Part shown: positions 51,722 to 61,077 of the stretch, in pieces
Position numbering within the stretch: position 1 is the first letter of the stretch
Layout of the letters: every line of letters starts with the position of its first letter
From: Gemmatimonadota bacterium
GTDB lineage: Bacteria; Gemmatimonadota; Gemmatimonadetes; Gemmatimonadales; Gemmatimonadaceae
DNA: 64,000 bases
Direction: 5' to 3'
Assembly: GCA_031363815.1 (NCBI GenBank)
Contig: JANLVC010000122.1
Location: 913-64,912 of the forward strand
Made by a program: the position numbers and the translations under genes
Notes under the pieces: model-generated
The model's database searches: none
The model's input: only the letters and a program-made list of their open reading frames with translations
Told to the model about the DNA's origin: nothing

Positions 51722-51787
51722 CGTGAACCAGCCGATCATCGGCCGACGCAATGCCCTCCGCAAGCACACCAGCAGCAGCCACCGCGG

Positions 51788-53110
51788 CTACCCCCGTAGC
51801 GGAATCACGAGCGTCACCAGCCCCGCCAGGAGCAGCACCGCAGCCGACGCCAGCGCCCACTTGAGCGTGTAGCGTTGATGGTCGTCGAAATCGACACCCA
51901 CCAGTCCGACCAGCAGGAAGGTGGACGGCACGAGCGGGCTCAGGAGGTGCACGGGCTGCCCGATCAACGACGCGCGTGCCATCTCGGCGGCCGTGATCCC
52001 GTACGCTTCGCCCGCTCGCGCGAGAATCGGGAGCACACCGAAGTAGAACGCGTCGTTGGAAATGAAGAACGTGAACGGAATACTGAGCACACCGGTCACG
52101 ATCGCGAGATAGGGGCCGAGCACCGGCGGCACCAACTGGATCACGCTCTCGGCCATGGCGTCGACCATCTTCGTGCCGGAGAGAATACCGGTGAAGATGC
52201 CGGCCGCGAAAATGAGGCCGACCACGGCCAGCACATTGCCGGCATGTCGCGACAACAACGCCTTCTGCTCGTCGATCGTCGGATAGTTGAGCAGCATCGC
52301 GACGGCGAAGCCGATCATGAAGAGTACCGGTAACGGCAGCACGGCGGCGACGAGCGCCACGAGCAAGGCCACGGTGAGCGCCGCATTCACGAAAAGCCGG
52401 TGGGGACGCCGGTGCAGCGTGTCGTCACGCCGCTCGGGATTGGCGAGTTCCTCGCGCAGTACCTGTTCGTTGGCCGGAGACGACGCACCCACCGCGGCGA
52501 GCCGACGGCGTTCGCTCAGGCCAAGCCGATACGACACATACAACACCCAGCAGACGCCGACAACGAGGGCGGGGATCATGGGCACGAACACCGTGCTCAC
52601 GTCGATCGAGAGCGCGCTCGCTGCGCGCGCGGTCGGTCCGCCCCACGGCAGCGTATTCATGACCCCGGACGCCAGCATCGTTACGCAGGCCAGCACAAGC
52701 GGTCGCATACCGAGTCGCCGAAAGAGCGGAAGCATGGCGGCGGTGGTGATCATGTAGGTCGTAGAGCCGTCGCCGTCGAGTGAAACGAGCAGCGCCAGCA
52801 CCGCCGAGCCGACGACGACTTTCATCGGGTCGCCGTGCACCAATGCGATCAATCGCTGCACAAACGGCTCGAACAGTCCGGCGTCAAGCATGATCGCGAA
52901 ATACAAAATGGCGAACATCAGCATCACGCCGGTGGGCGCCAGCTTGGTGATGCCGGCGACCATCATCTCCCCGAGCTGTGGGGCGAACCCACCCGCGATG
53001 CCGAAGGCCACCGGCACCAGTATCAGCGCCGTGAGCGGAGAGAGCTTCTTCGTCATGATCAGCGTCATGAACACGAGAACCATGCCGTAGGCGAGGAGCG
53101 TGAGCAACAT
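51788..53110 (-). CDS. CitMHS-family citrate/divalent-cation:H+ symporter
   Basis: MLLTLLAYGMVLVFMTLIMTKKLSPLTALILVPVAFGIAGGF...VSLDGDGSTTYMITTAAMLPLFRRLGM is a typical CitM/CitH N-terminus. About 12 TM segments. The start was chosen at the internal M (53110). Confidence 0.85.
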   Translation of the reverse strand: MLLTLLAYGMVLVFMTLIMTKKLSPLTALILVPVAFGIAGGFAPQLGEMMVAGITKLAPTGVMLMFAILYFAIMLDAGLFEPFVQRLIALVHGDPMKVVVGSAVLALLVSLDGDGSTTYMITTAAMLPLFRRLGMRPLVLACVTMLASGVMNTLPWGGPTARAASALSIDVSTVFVPMIPALVVGVCWVLYVSYRLGLSERRRLAAVGASSPANEQVLREELANPERRDDTLHRRPHRLFVNAALTVALLVALVAAVLPLPVLFMIGFAVAMLLNYPTIDEQKALLSRHAGNVLAVVGLIFAAGIFTGILSGTKMVDAMAESVIQLVPPVLGPYLAIVTGVLSIPFTFFISNDAFYFGVLPILARAGEAYGITAAEMARASLIGQPVHLLSPLVPSTFLLVGLVGVDFDDHQRYTLKWALASAAVLLLAGLVTLVIPLRG

Positions 53111-53332
53111 CGCTGCGTTACGGACGCGCGGGCGCGAGCGGCAGTACGATGTGCGACGGATAGGTCGCACTGTGCTGAATCGAGATGTCGGTCGTGACCA
53201 GGCGGCGATTTTTTCCCAGCGGTTCCCCCGTATTCGTATTCACGGCCCCTTCCTGAAAACGTTCGCCGTGGGGAAAGGATCTACGTTAACCAACTTCGCG
53301 GTAAAGTCCGCGTTTCCGGCGCGAGTGCGCCG

Positions 53333-54103
53333 CTACCGGTCGCCTTTCGCCCGTGTGTAGATCACGATGGCGCCCCAAGGTGTGCGGTCGCCGAATTGCA
53401 CCGCAGCTTCCGTTTTACCAAGCAATGCGAAGAAGTACACATCGCGCGGGTTGATGTTCGGATAGCTGCCACTGAGCGGCGTGCCATCTATCACGATCGT
53501 GAGACACCGATTGTAGCGCGTAGAGCGGATACAGTCGTCTCGGCGGCTGGGGAGCACGAACCCGGGATATCCGGTCGATCGCAAGAGATCTTCGAAGGAG
53601 TTCGATCGTTCACGGAGCTTCTCAACTTCGGCCGGCGGGAAGATACGCCAGCCGCGCCGTCGCGCTTCCACGAGCCGCATGTCATTCAACGATGGGGTCG
53701 ACTTCACGCGCACGGTATCCGTGCGAATGCCGGTTTCGACGACGCTGAAGTTCACATCGAGCGTGTCGGTGGTCCCGAGCGTGATTTCTTCGGAGAGCGA
53801 CGGCTCCATGCCGATGCGCGTGATGGAGATCGCGAACGGCTGACCACCGGCATTGATGCGAAACTGAAAGCGCCCGTTTTCGTCGGTCACGGTATTGCCG
53901 ACGGCGCGGCCATCGCGCAGGAGCGCCATGACGCGCGCCCGGTCGAGCGGACGGTCGTCGTCGACGAGTTTAGCATAGCCGCGTAACAGCTGCGCCTGCA
54001 CGCGGGCGGCGGGCAGCCAGAGCATCGCCAAAAGCACAGCGACCGCGAACGGGACTTTCGTCACGTTCGCGGTCGCTGTTGGCTTCGTGCCGTGCATACG
54101 CAC
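53333..54103 (-). CDS. secreted protein with a CarboxypepD_reg-like domain plus a TonB-receptor plug-like segment, no barrel
   Basis: Signal ...AVLLAMLWLPAARVQAQ. The Cna/CarboxypepD_reg pattern is GRAVGNTVTDENGRFQFRI. C-terminal FEDLLRSTGYPGFVL...IVIDGTPLSG...INPRDVYFFALL...GAIVIYTR resembles a plug domain. Confidence 0.55.
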   Translation of the reverse strand: MRMHGTKPTATANVTKVPFAVAVLLAMLWLPAARVQAQLLRGYAKLVDDDRPLDRARVMALLRDGRAVGNTVTDENGRFQFRINAGGQPFAISITRIGMEPSLSEEITLGTTDTLDVNFSVVETGIRTDTVRVKSTPSLNDMRLVEARRRGWRIFPPAEVEKLRERSNSFEDLLRSTGYPGFVLPSRRDDCIRSTRYNRCLTIVIDGTPLSGSYPNINPRDVYFFALLGKTEAAVQFGDRTPWGAIVIYTRAKGDR

Positions 54104-54114
54104 AACCGTAATGG

Positions 54115-54957
54115 TTACGGGTTGGGCGTCGTACGCGGCGGCTGCTTGTCGACGAAGTACGTGACGCCAGGCGTCGTGAACCGTGCGCCGGCCGAGTTCG
54201 TCGGCGAAGCCGGGAACGCGATCGCCGTAATGATGGAGCCGGCGATCGTGGCGCCACCGAGGGGATCAACCGACGCGCTTCCCGCAATACCGGCCGGAGC
54301 CGCTGTGCTGATGACCGCCGTGGTAGAGCCGACGGCCGTGACACGGGCCGCGAAGGCTCCCGTTGCGCGGGCGAGATACGCCGAGACCGTGTTCAGCGCC
54401 ACGTTCGCGAGCAGCGGAGCGCCGGTGATGGCGTCCGTCGTCGTGGGCGTCGCGTAGATGTCGACGTTTCCGATATCGAGGCCCGCATGAATCGCGCGGA
54501 GCGCGATTCCCGTTGACTGCGCGGGGAACACATCGGTGATGGTCACGATCCGCTGCTTCGGCGTGGAGCCGGCGCGGGCGTACCCGAGGTGCAGCAGGGT
54601 GTAGTACTTGCCGGCCTCGAAGGTGATCGTGGTGTCGACGAGGATCTGCGTATTGCCGGCCGTGCTGTAGTTCGTCACGTCAGCGGTAAAGACACGGAAC
54701 TTTCGCGATCCCGCTTCCGTGGGTTGGTAGCTGCCCTGACCCAATCCGCGAAACGCGACATTGGCGAACGACATCGGTGAGTACGCGACCTGATCGATGA
54801 ACCGAAGCGTGGTGTTCAACGTATCGGGTACGGCGTTGATGTAGCGCACGAACGCCAGCGGCGGCGTGTTCGGCGTGGTGGGCTCATTGCTGGGCTCACT
54901 GCAGCCGACCATCGCTGATACTGCTACGCCAAGAAGGAAAATTCGGGAGAGCCGCAT
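54115..54957 (-). CDS. DUF4397-like lipoprotein
   Basis: Lipobox MRLSRIFLLGVAVSAMVGCS. There are repeated units of the type AFVRYINAVPD...L and ALRAIHAGLDIGNVDIY, characteristic of DUF4397. Confidence 0.6.
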   Translation of the reverse strand: MRLSRIFLLGVAVSAMVGCSEPSNEPTTPNTPPLAFVRYINAVPDTLNTTLRFIDQVAYSPMSFANVAFRGLGQGSYQPTEAGSRKFRVFTADVTNYSTAGNTQILVDTTITFEAGKYYTLLHLGYARAGSTPKQRIVTITDVFPAQSTGIALRAIHAGLDIGNVDIYATPTTTDAITGAPLLANVALNTVSAYLARATGAFAARVTAVGSTTAVISTAAPAGIAGSASVDPLGGATIAGSIITAIAFPASPTNSAGARFTTPGVTYFVDKQPPRTTPNP

Positions 54958-55029
54958 GTGGCTAGAACTCCGGGAAGAAGCGAAATGGGACCGAACGAAC
55001 GATGTCATCGCGCCGTAGCGCGCGGTGAC

Positions 55030-55530
55030 TCAGGATGAAATCGGAGGATCTGGTGTGGGAGGATTCGCCGCGTCTCCGAAGAGATTGAGCGTATTCCCGA
55101 GCGTGGTGAAGATGGCAAAAGCGATCGCCCCCACCAAAGCCAGCGTTTTGAACTTCGACAAGCGTCGTGCGCGATAGCCGAGCACCGCTTCCTCAGGAAT
55201 GGTGACTCGTTCACCCGTCCACGTGGCCGTGGTCCCACGCAGATCAGTCACACGATAGACATCCAGCACAAGGGAACCGTTCTGCCGGCTGATCACTCGG
55301 CCGTCGATACGATCCACACTGGCGCCGACACGATCGCCGAGCAGCAGTCGCCCACGGTCGTTTATCACGATGCCAACCTCTTGAGCGGGTACCGGTGCGG
55401 TGGACTGCACCGGGAGATACGAGTAACAGCCGACCTGTAGCGCCAACGCGACGGCACAGAGGCTACTGAGGACGCGATTCAGCGGCGCACCGCTGAACCG
55501 CTTCGTCAAGGGCGCCCGACGCTCGTGCAT
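55030..55530 (-). CDS. hypothetical lipoprotein with a C-terminal hydrophobic helix (166 aa)
   Basis: The start at MHERRAPL... overlaps the SusD-like stop by 1 nt. Lipobox-like ALALQVGCYS. C-terminal TLALVGAIAFAIFTTLG. Confidence 0.45.
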   Translation of the reverse strand: MHERRAPLTKRFSGAPLNRVLSSLCAVALALQVGCYSYLPVQSTAPVPAQEVGIVINDRGRLLLGDRVGASVDRIDGRVISRQNGSLVLDVYRVTDLRGTTATWTGERVTIPEEAVLGYRARRLSKFKTLALVGAIAFAIFTTLGNTLNLFGDAANPPTPDPPISS

Positions 55531-57170
55531 CAGTAGCCGTACGTGCTCGTCGTGGCGCGGTTTGTTCCGTTGTAGTAGGGCTTTTGACGCGCCTGCATCT
55601 CTTGGTATGGGACGGGCCATTCCAGCGGCGTGCCGGAGACCAAGTCGCCCCACCCGCGATTGTCCGAGAACATGATGAAGTAGCCCGTGAAGGCTGTCTC
55701 CATCCGCTTCTCGTACTTCATCGCTTCCAACAGACTTCCGCAGGCGGTGACGGTAAAGGAGGGCGCCTGCGGGATACGAGGGACGCAAGTCGCGAGATTG
55801 GACGAGTAGGGTACCGTGGCGCTCGCGACCGTCCCGATCGGATCAAGACCATTCCGAACCCGCGTCACGTTTACGAGCGCAATCGCCGCGGGAAGGTTGC
55901 CAGTGCGGATGTATCCTTCTGCGGCAAGCATGTCCATTTCCGTCTTGGACATGTCCACGTAGTTCCCGATCGCGCCCGCGAGGTACTGCACGCCGTAGCG
56001 ACGGTGATCGTACTGTGAATCGCCGGGGCCGACGAGCGGGATGTCTTCACCAGTTGGGCGATTCCGCATGTACACGCCGGGGAGCGTGGCCGGGCTCGGG
56101 GCCGTGGCCTGCTGTGCCGCGCGCGTGGCGCCCGCGGGCCAGCGGCGATCCGGTGTGACCACCGTGAAGTTGCGGCGGGAGTTCACCGGCTGCGTTAACC
56201 ACGCATCATAGGCGCCCGACACGTCGGCCATACCGAAGTAGAAATACGGTAAGGCGTGCCACCCACCAACAACATACATCTGGTTGAAATCATACGCCGC
56301 CGTCCATCCCGTGGTGCCACCCAACGAGAGCTCATGAGTGGCCGTGATGCCGTTGGTCGCATCAGCGATCACCGCGTTCCAATCCACGGCCGCACGACCG
56401 GCGGGCGTGCGAGGCACTCCGGCGCGAAGGCGGGCCTTGAACGAACGGGTGAGGCGCACAAAATTGTCGCGCGTGAGGGAAACGCCGCTGATCCACGTGG
56501 TCGGCAGCGGGAATCCGTTGGCACCGTTCGTAGCAGCCGCACTGGTGGCCACGGCAATGGCCGAGTCTAACATCTGTAGCGCAGCGGTCGCGACGGCGGC
56601 GGCAGTGGACAAACCCGGTATTTCATCAGTCGGCGTGGCCGGCGTGACGATCGCGGCCGAGTCGTAGGCCAAGGCGAGATTGCCGAGGGCCTGCCCAATG
56701 ATGAAGAATGCGAATGCCCTCGCTCGCGCATCCTGCGCTGGGCTTCCGATGGTCTGCCCCGAAGTAGCTAAGCGATTGATCGCCGCGACCGCGTTGGCGC
56801 CCGTTCGCGCCACGCGAGAGAACGAATTGAAGTTGGCGAGATTGCCCCCTTGGTTGTCGTTCCCCAGCTCATTCGCAATCAGCGACCGAGGGATCTGCGA
56901 CCGCGCCGCCATGCCGAAGTTGGCGACCGAGGCAATATTCTCACCGGCGAAGATCTTGGCTTGCGTATTGACCGATTCCGTGGCGCGCTGCGGGTTGTTG
57001 AGCTGCACACCCAAGCCCGCGACAACGGCCTCCACGCCGGCCGGTGTGGCGTACGCACGCGCCACGTCGGGGTTGTTGATATTCACGACGTTCAGTGAGT
57101 CGCCGCTGCAGGCCATGAGCCCCAGCAGCACTCCACTGCCCGCGATGTACTGCGAAACGTGCTTACGCAT
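55530..57170 (-). CDS. SusD/RagB-family outer-membrane lipoprotein
   Basis: Lipobox GVLLGLMACSGD. The size (546 aa) and the position immediately downstream of a SusC-type gene fit the family, as do the helical TPR-like N-terminal region and the C-terminal ...PVPYQEMQARQKPYYNG pattern. Confidence 0.75.
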   Translation of the reverse strand: MRKHVSQYIAGSGVLLGLMACSGDSLNVVNINNPDVARAYATPAGVEAVVAGLGVQLNNPQRATESVNTQAKIFAGENIASVANFGMAARSQIPRSLIANELGNDNQGGNLANFNSFSRVARTGANAVAAINRLATSGQTIGSPAQDARARAFAFFIIGQALGNLALAYDSAAIVTPATPTDEIPGLSTAAAVATAALQMLDSAIAVATSAAATNGANGFPLPTTWISGVSLTRDNFVRLTRSFKARLRAGVPRTPAGRAAVDWNAVIADATNGITATHELSLGGTTGWTAAYDFNQMYVVGGWHALPYFYFGMADVSGAYDAWLTQPVNSRRNFTVVTPDRRWPAGATRAAQQATAPSPATLPGVYMRNRPTGEDIPLVGPGDSQYDHRRYGVQYLAGAIGNYVDMSKTEMDMLAAEGYIRTGNLPAAIALVNVTRVRNGLDPIGTVASATVPYSSNLATCVPRIPQAPSFTVTACGSLLEAMKYEKRMETAFTGYFIMFSDNRGWGDLVSGTPLEWPVPYQEMQARQKPYYNGTNRATTSTYGY

Positions 57171-57236
57171 CGAAATTCCTCAAGAGGCTGTGAACGGCGC
57201 GCATCGGAAATCCCAAGCGCGCCACCCACGTCAGGG

Positions 57237-60200
57237 TCAGAAGCTCGTGCTGAGCGAGAACGTGAAGGTGCGGAGGTTGGGGAAGGTGTAGGCATCAATG
57301 GCATTGAGCACACCGGAGCCCAGCGATCCGCCGGCAAGACCGACTTCGGGGTCGAAGCCCTTGTACTTGGTGAACGTCATGAGGTTGCGGCCGATGAGCG
57401 CAAGGTTCCAATTGCCCACGCCCCCGATCGGACCCACACGGTATCCCAACGAGAGTTCACGGAGCTTCACGAAGCTGGCGTCTTCCACGGTGTTGTTGTT
57501 GGGCGCGAGCACGTCATACAACCCACCGATTCCGCCGGTTGATACCGCACGGAAGTAGTAGCCGATCGGCTTGGCGTCAGCCACCGAGCGGCCGGCCTGG
57601 TCGGCATCCGCGTGCTGGAAGTCGCCGTACGACCACTGCCGCGCGATGTTCCACACATCCTTGCCCACCGTCGCGTCGAGCAAGCCATAGGCCGTTACCC
57701 GCTTGTAGCGGAAGTTCTGCGCCATCGACCAGCGGAACGCCGGGATCGCGTTGCCCACGGGCAACACGGGCACGGTTCCGTTGGCGTCGCGCTCGAGGAT
57801 GGGGAAGCCCCAGTTGAGCGGGTCGGCGGTGGTGCCGCCCTTCCACGGCGCTTGGGTCGACGGCAACCGCGTCATCCACAAGTTCTTGGTGATGCCGTCG
57901 GCCAAGGTGTTCCCCTGTCCCACGTACACCACGAACCCGTCACGATTGGTTTGAAAATCGAGGCCCGTGCCACAACGGCTCTGGAAGTCGGCCGGAAGCT
58001 GGCCGCATGCCTTGACGAACTTGCGGCCATAAATCTGCCCCATATTGCCGCCCTGCACGATCTTGAACATCGTTTCCGAGCCCTGCTGGTTCGCGGCATT
58101 CTGGAAGTACTCGGGAATATCCAGGCGCGTAATGACCGACGTGGTGCGGTCGAAGTTCAAGCGCACCGAGTAATCCACGTGACGCGAGGCCACGAGCGGC
58201 ACGTTGAGTGACACTTCGATCGTGTTGTTGGTGAGCTGACCGCCGTTCGTCCATTGGCTGGCAAAGCCCGCGGCCGCCGGCGGTGGCGGCTGCAACAGCT
58301 GGTCGTTGATCACATTGTTGGAGTGCGTGATCGTGACGCCGTACTTGCTGAACAGCTCGAGGTCCATGCCCACTTCCTTCTCGGTGGACACTTCCGGGCG
58401 CAGGTTCTTGTTGCCCAACTGATTCGGATTGAGTGCACCACCGGCGCCGATCGTGAACGTCTCGTACTGCGCGGAGAAGTTCGGACGATTGCCGGCCTGC
58501 CCGACAGAATACCGGAACTTGAGGTCCGAAATCTGATTCAGGTTGAACCACGGCTCGTCGGACAAGCGCCACGCGAACGACGCGCGACCATATGTTTGCC
58601 AGCGGTTCGCGGCTCCGAACAATGAGGCCGCATCTCGGCGAACGAGGGCACCCACGATGTAACGACCCTTGTAGTCGAGGTCGAGATTCGTGAAGAACCC
58701 GAGCTGACGAACGGTTTCGTTGGAGCCCGAGGTAAAGAACTCCTGAATCGTGGCATCGGGGTCGCGCAGTCCCGGCACCGCAATGTTGTTACCGCCTGTG
58801 GACTGCGTAATATCATTCTGCGTTTCGTACAAGTAGCGCAGGGTGAGACGGGTCGTCAGGCTCTCGTCGAACCAGTTCTTCCGGGCCGAGACATTGCCGG
58901 ACGCATTCAGCGAATACGCACGCCCAGCGCTGCGTCGATTCTGCCCGAGATTCGTGGGACTCAGCGACGAGGTGCGATACCCGCGATCCTGCTGCGACTC
59001 CCGGAAATTATTGCGCGCGTCGTAGCCGAAGTTGAATTCGCCATCAAGCCAGCTGAGTGGCGTCCAGCGCGCCGTGGCATTCCCCACGAACCGGTCGATG
59101 CGATTGAGCGGCTGGAAATTCTCCGCGTTATACGCCGGGTTCAAGTTGCCAAGGCCCTGAGCATTCGGACTCGACCGGATGTACAGCCGCCCCTTGGAGT
59201 CCTTGGCAAACAGATCGACGAAGGCCGGCATACGCGTGAGGCCGAACCAGCCGACGGTGTTGTCGTAGTCAAGCGCGGTGGTGTAGTTCGAGCGCAACGA
59301 GAAGTTCACGTTGCCGCCCAACTGCTGGTCCACGTTCAGGCGCATCGAGTTGCGCGTGTACCCCGGAAGCAGTTTCACCGAGCCTTCCTGGCGCAGCTGA
59401 TTCACGGAGGCGAAGAAGTTGGTGCGTCCCACGCGACCCGTGGCGTCGAGCGTCGAGTTGATCACCTGACCATTCGTGAGGAACTGCCCAATGGGGTTGT
59501 ATACTTTGGGGAACTCGTTCACCTGGTACAGCGTACGAGACAGCAAGCCACCCGGGTTGCGGGCAATGCCGCCATCGTTGGTGAAGGTGGCCGCCGGCAG
59601 CGCGAAATCTCCACCGTCGTTATTGATGCGATACGCTTCCTGATAGATATCCACTGTGCGCGAACAATCCGCGGCACCGGCCACGGCCACGCAGAAGCGC
59701 GACGCGTTCTCGTTCATCAACATGAAGTGCGTGCTGGGATACTGGTACTCGCTCTCAATATCCGACGCACCGTATTCCACGTTGGCGCGGAACTTCACGC
59801 CCTCGCTCTGGTTCTTGCCCGAGCGCGTCGTGATCTGGATGACGCCGTTACCGGCGCGCGAGCCGTACAGCGACGAGGCAGCGGCACCCTTCACGACTTC
59901 GATGTTCTCGATGTCCTGTGGGTTGATATCCTGCAGGCCACCCTGCGAGACGACCCCGTCAATGATGTACATCGGGTCCTGACCACGGCCCGTCGCGTTG
60001 ATCGACTGGGGGCCACGGAGAATGATCGCGGGCGCCGTACCCGGACGACCAGAGGCCGACACGATGTTGGCGCCGGCCACCTTACCCTGCAGCTGCGACA
60101 GCGGATTGGAACCCGGAACGGGCATATCCTTCTCGCTGACCTGCGCCACGGAGAACGCGAGCTTTTTCTGCTCCGTGCCCGCGGTCACGCCAGTGGTGAC

Positions 60201-60557
60201 GACTTCCTGCAGGCGATTGATGTCCTTCGCCAGGGTGTAGTCGAACGTTTGCGGACCCGCTTTGAGCGTAATGGGCGTGGCGCCAGCCTTATAGCCGATC
60301 GCCCGCGCCCGAAGCTGAAACGCCTGCCCCCGCACACGCTCGGCGGGGATCGTCATGGTGAAGCGGCCAGCCGCGTTGGTGCCCACCGATATGGCGAGCT
60401 CAACGATATAGACGTTGGCGTTTTCGATGGGATCACCGAACTCGCTCTTGACGGTGCCGGTAAGTATTGCGGGGCCCTGCGCCTGTACGGCCAGTGGCAG
60501 CACCAGCAAAGCCATCGCGATCGGAACGTGGAACATCCAGCGGATCATTCTCGACAT
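57237..60557 (-). CDS. SusC/RagA-family TonB-linked outer-membrane transporter
   Basis: Signal peptide. CarboxypepD_reg domain (LTGTVKSEFGDPIENANVYIVE...TNAAGRFTMTIP). Plug (LQGKVAGANIV...PAIILRGPQSI...DPMYIIDGV...INPQDIENIEVVKGAAASSLYGSRAGNGVIQITTRSG). A long barrel ending ...TFTFSLSTSF. Confidence 0.9.
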   Translation of the reverse strand: MSRMIRWMFHVPIAMALLVLPLAVQAQGPAILTGTVKSEFGDPIENANVYIVELAISVGTNAAGRFTMTIPAERVRGQAFQLRARAIGYKAGATPITLKAGPQTFDYTLAKDINRLQEVVTTGVTAGTEQKKLAFSVAQVSEKDMPVPGSNPLSQLQGKVAGANIVSASGRPGTAPAIILRGPQSINATGRGQDPMYIIDGVVSQGGLQDINPQDIENIEVVKGAAASSLYGSRAGNGVIQITTRSGKNQSEGVKFRANVEYGASDIESEYQYPSTHFMLMNENASRFCVAVAGAADCSRTVDIYQEAYRINNDGGDFALPAATFTNDGGIARNPGGLLSRTLYQVNEFPKVYNPIGQFLTNGQVINSTLDATGRVGRTNFFASVNQLRQEGSVKLLPGYTRNSMRLNVDQQLGGNVNFSLRSNYTTALDYDNTVGWFGLTRMPAFVDLFAKDSKGRLYIRSSPNAQGLGNLNPAYNAENFQPLNRIDRFVGNATARWTPLSWLDGEFNFGYDARNNFRESQQDRGYRTSSLSPTNLGQNRRSAGRAYSLNASGNVSARKNWFDESLTTRLTLRYLYETQNDITQSTGGNNIAVPGLRDPDATIQEFFTSGSNETVRQLGFFTNLDLDYKGRYIVGALVRRDAASLFGAANRWQTYGRASFAWRLSDEPWFNLNQISDLKFRYSVGQAGNRPNFSAQYETFTIGAGGALNPNQLGNKNLRPEVSTEKEVGMDLELFSKYGVTITHSNNVINDQLLQPPPPAAAGFASQWTNGGQLTNNTIEVSLNVPLVASRHVDYSVRLNFDRTTSVITRLDIPEYFQNAANQQGSETMFKIVQGGNMGQIYGRKFVKACGQLPADFQSRCGTGLDFQTNRDGFVVYVGQGNTLADGITKNLWMTRLPSTQAPWKGGTTADPLNWGFPILERDANGTVPVLPVGNAIPAFRWSMAQNFRYKRVTAYGLLDATVGKDVWNIARQWSYGDFQHADADQAGRSVADAKPIGYYFRAVSTGGIGGLYDVLAPNNNTVEDASFVKLRELSLGYRVGPIGGVGNWNLALIGRNLMTFTKYKGFDPEVGLAGGSLGSGVLNAIDAYTFPNLRTFTFSLSTSF

Positions 60558-60958
60558 GCTCAGCCCTCGGCGCTCGTGTGCCGGATACGGGGGAGAGGAA
60601 ACTCACCAGCGGGAGTGGAGATCCCGTTGGCCCACTGACTCGACCAACGACCTCCGCGGAGGACAGTCGATCGAGGTACTGCAGCCGGTCGCGTACGCGC
60701 CGGGGAACACCAACCGATAACCCGGGTACGAACCGCCGCTGCACCCTAAGGCGCGCAGCCGAATCGATTGCCTGGGCAGATGTCGAGATTGCACATGTGA
60801 AACTGAAAAGATGGGACAAAGCGAGTGCAAGCGGGACGGAACTCCCGCTCACTCCGCTTAGGCCTGCCTATAGAACCGCAATAGTACCATTGGCGTCACA
60901 GGTCGGCAATGCCGTACCACAACGCATGGGACCGAGCAAAACTTTGAGGCAAACAAAC

Positions 60959-60998
60959 GCGCCCGATCGGATGGATTCGATCGGGCGCTCTCTTTTTT
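60959..60998. terminator. intrinsic terminator hairpin flanked by an A-rich 5' side and a T tract (bidirectional)
   Basis: gcgcccgatcg (60959-60969) pairs with cgatcgggcgc (60978-60988), followed by tctcttttttg. On the minus strand the hairpin is followed by gtttgttt, about 80 nt downstream of the stop of the beta-barrel gene. Confidence 0.7.
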
Positions 60999-61077
60999 GT
61001 GGTTGCTGACGGCGTCGTGGCTTTAGCCTGTCATACAGTAATCGTCAATTGCCCATGGCCGATTGCGTGCTGTTTGT

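Noticed and set aside
51291-51860. Small ORFs through the 157-bp repeats (for example VLFAL(I/S)RGKTVVAT..., MVIRAVTGPLAA...)
   Set aside because: The repeat period (about 157 bp) is not a multiple of 3, so the copies fall in different frames of any continuous ORF. There is no RBS, and the nested palindromes explain the conservation better.
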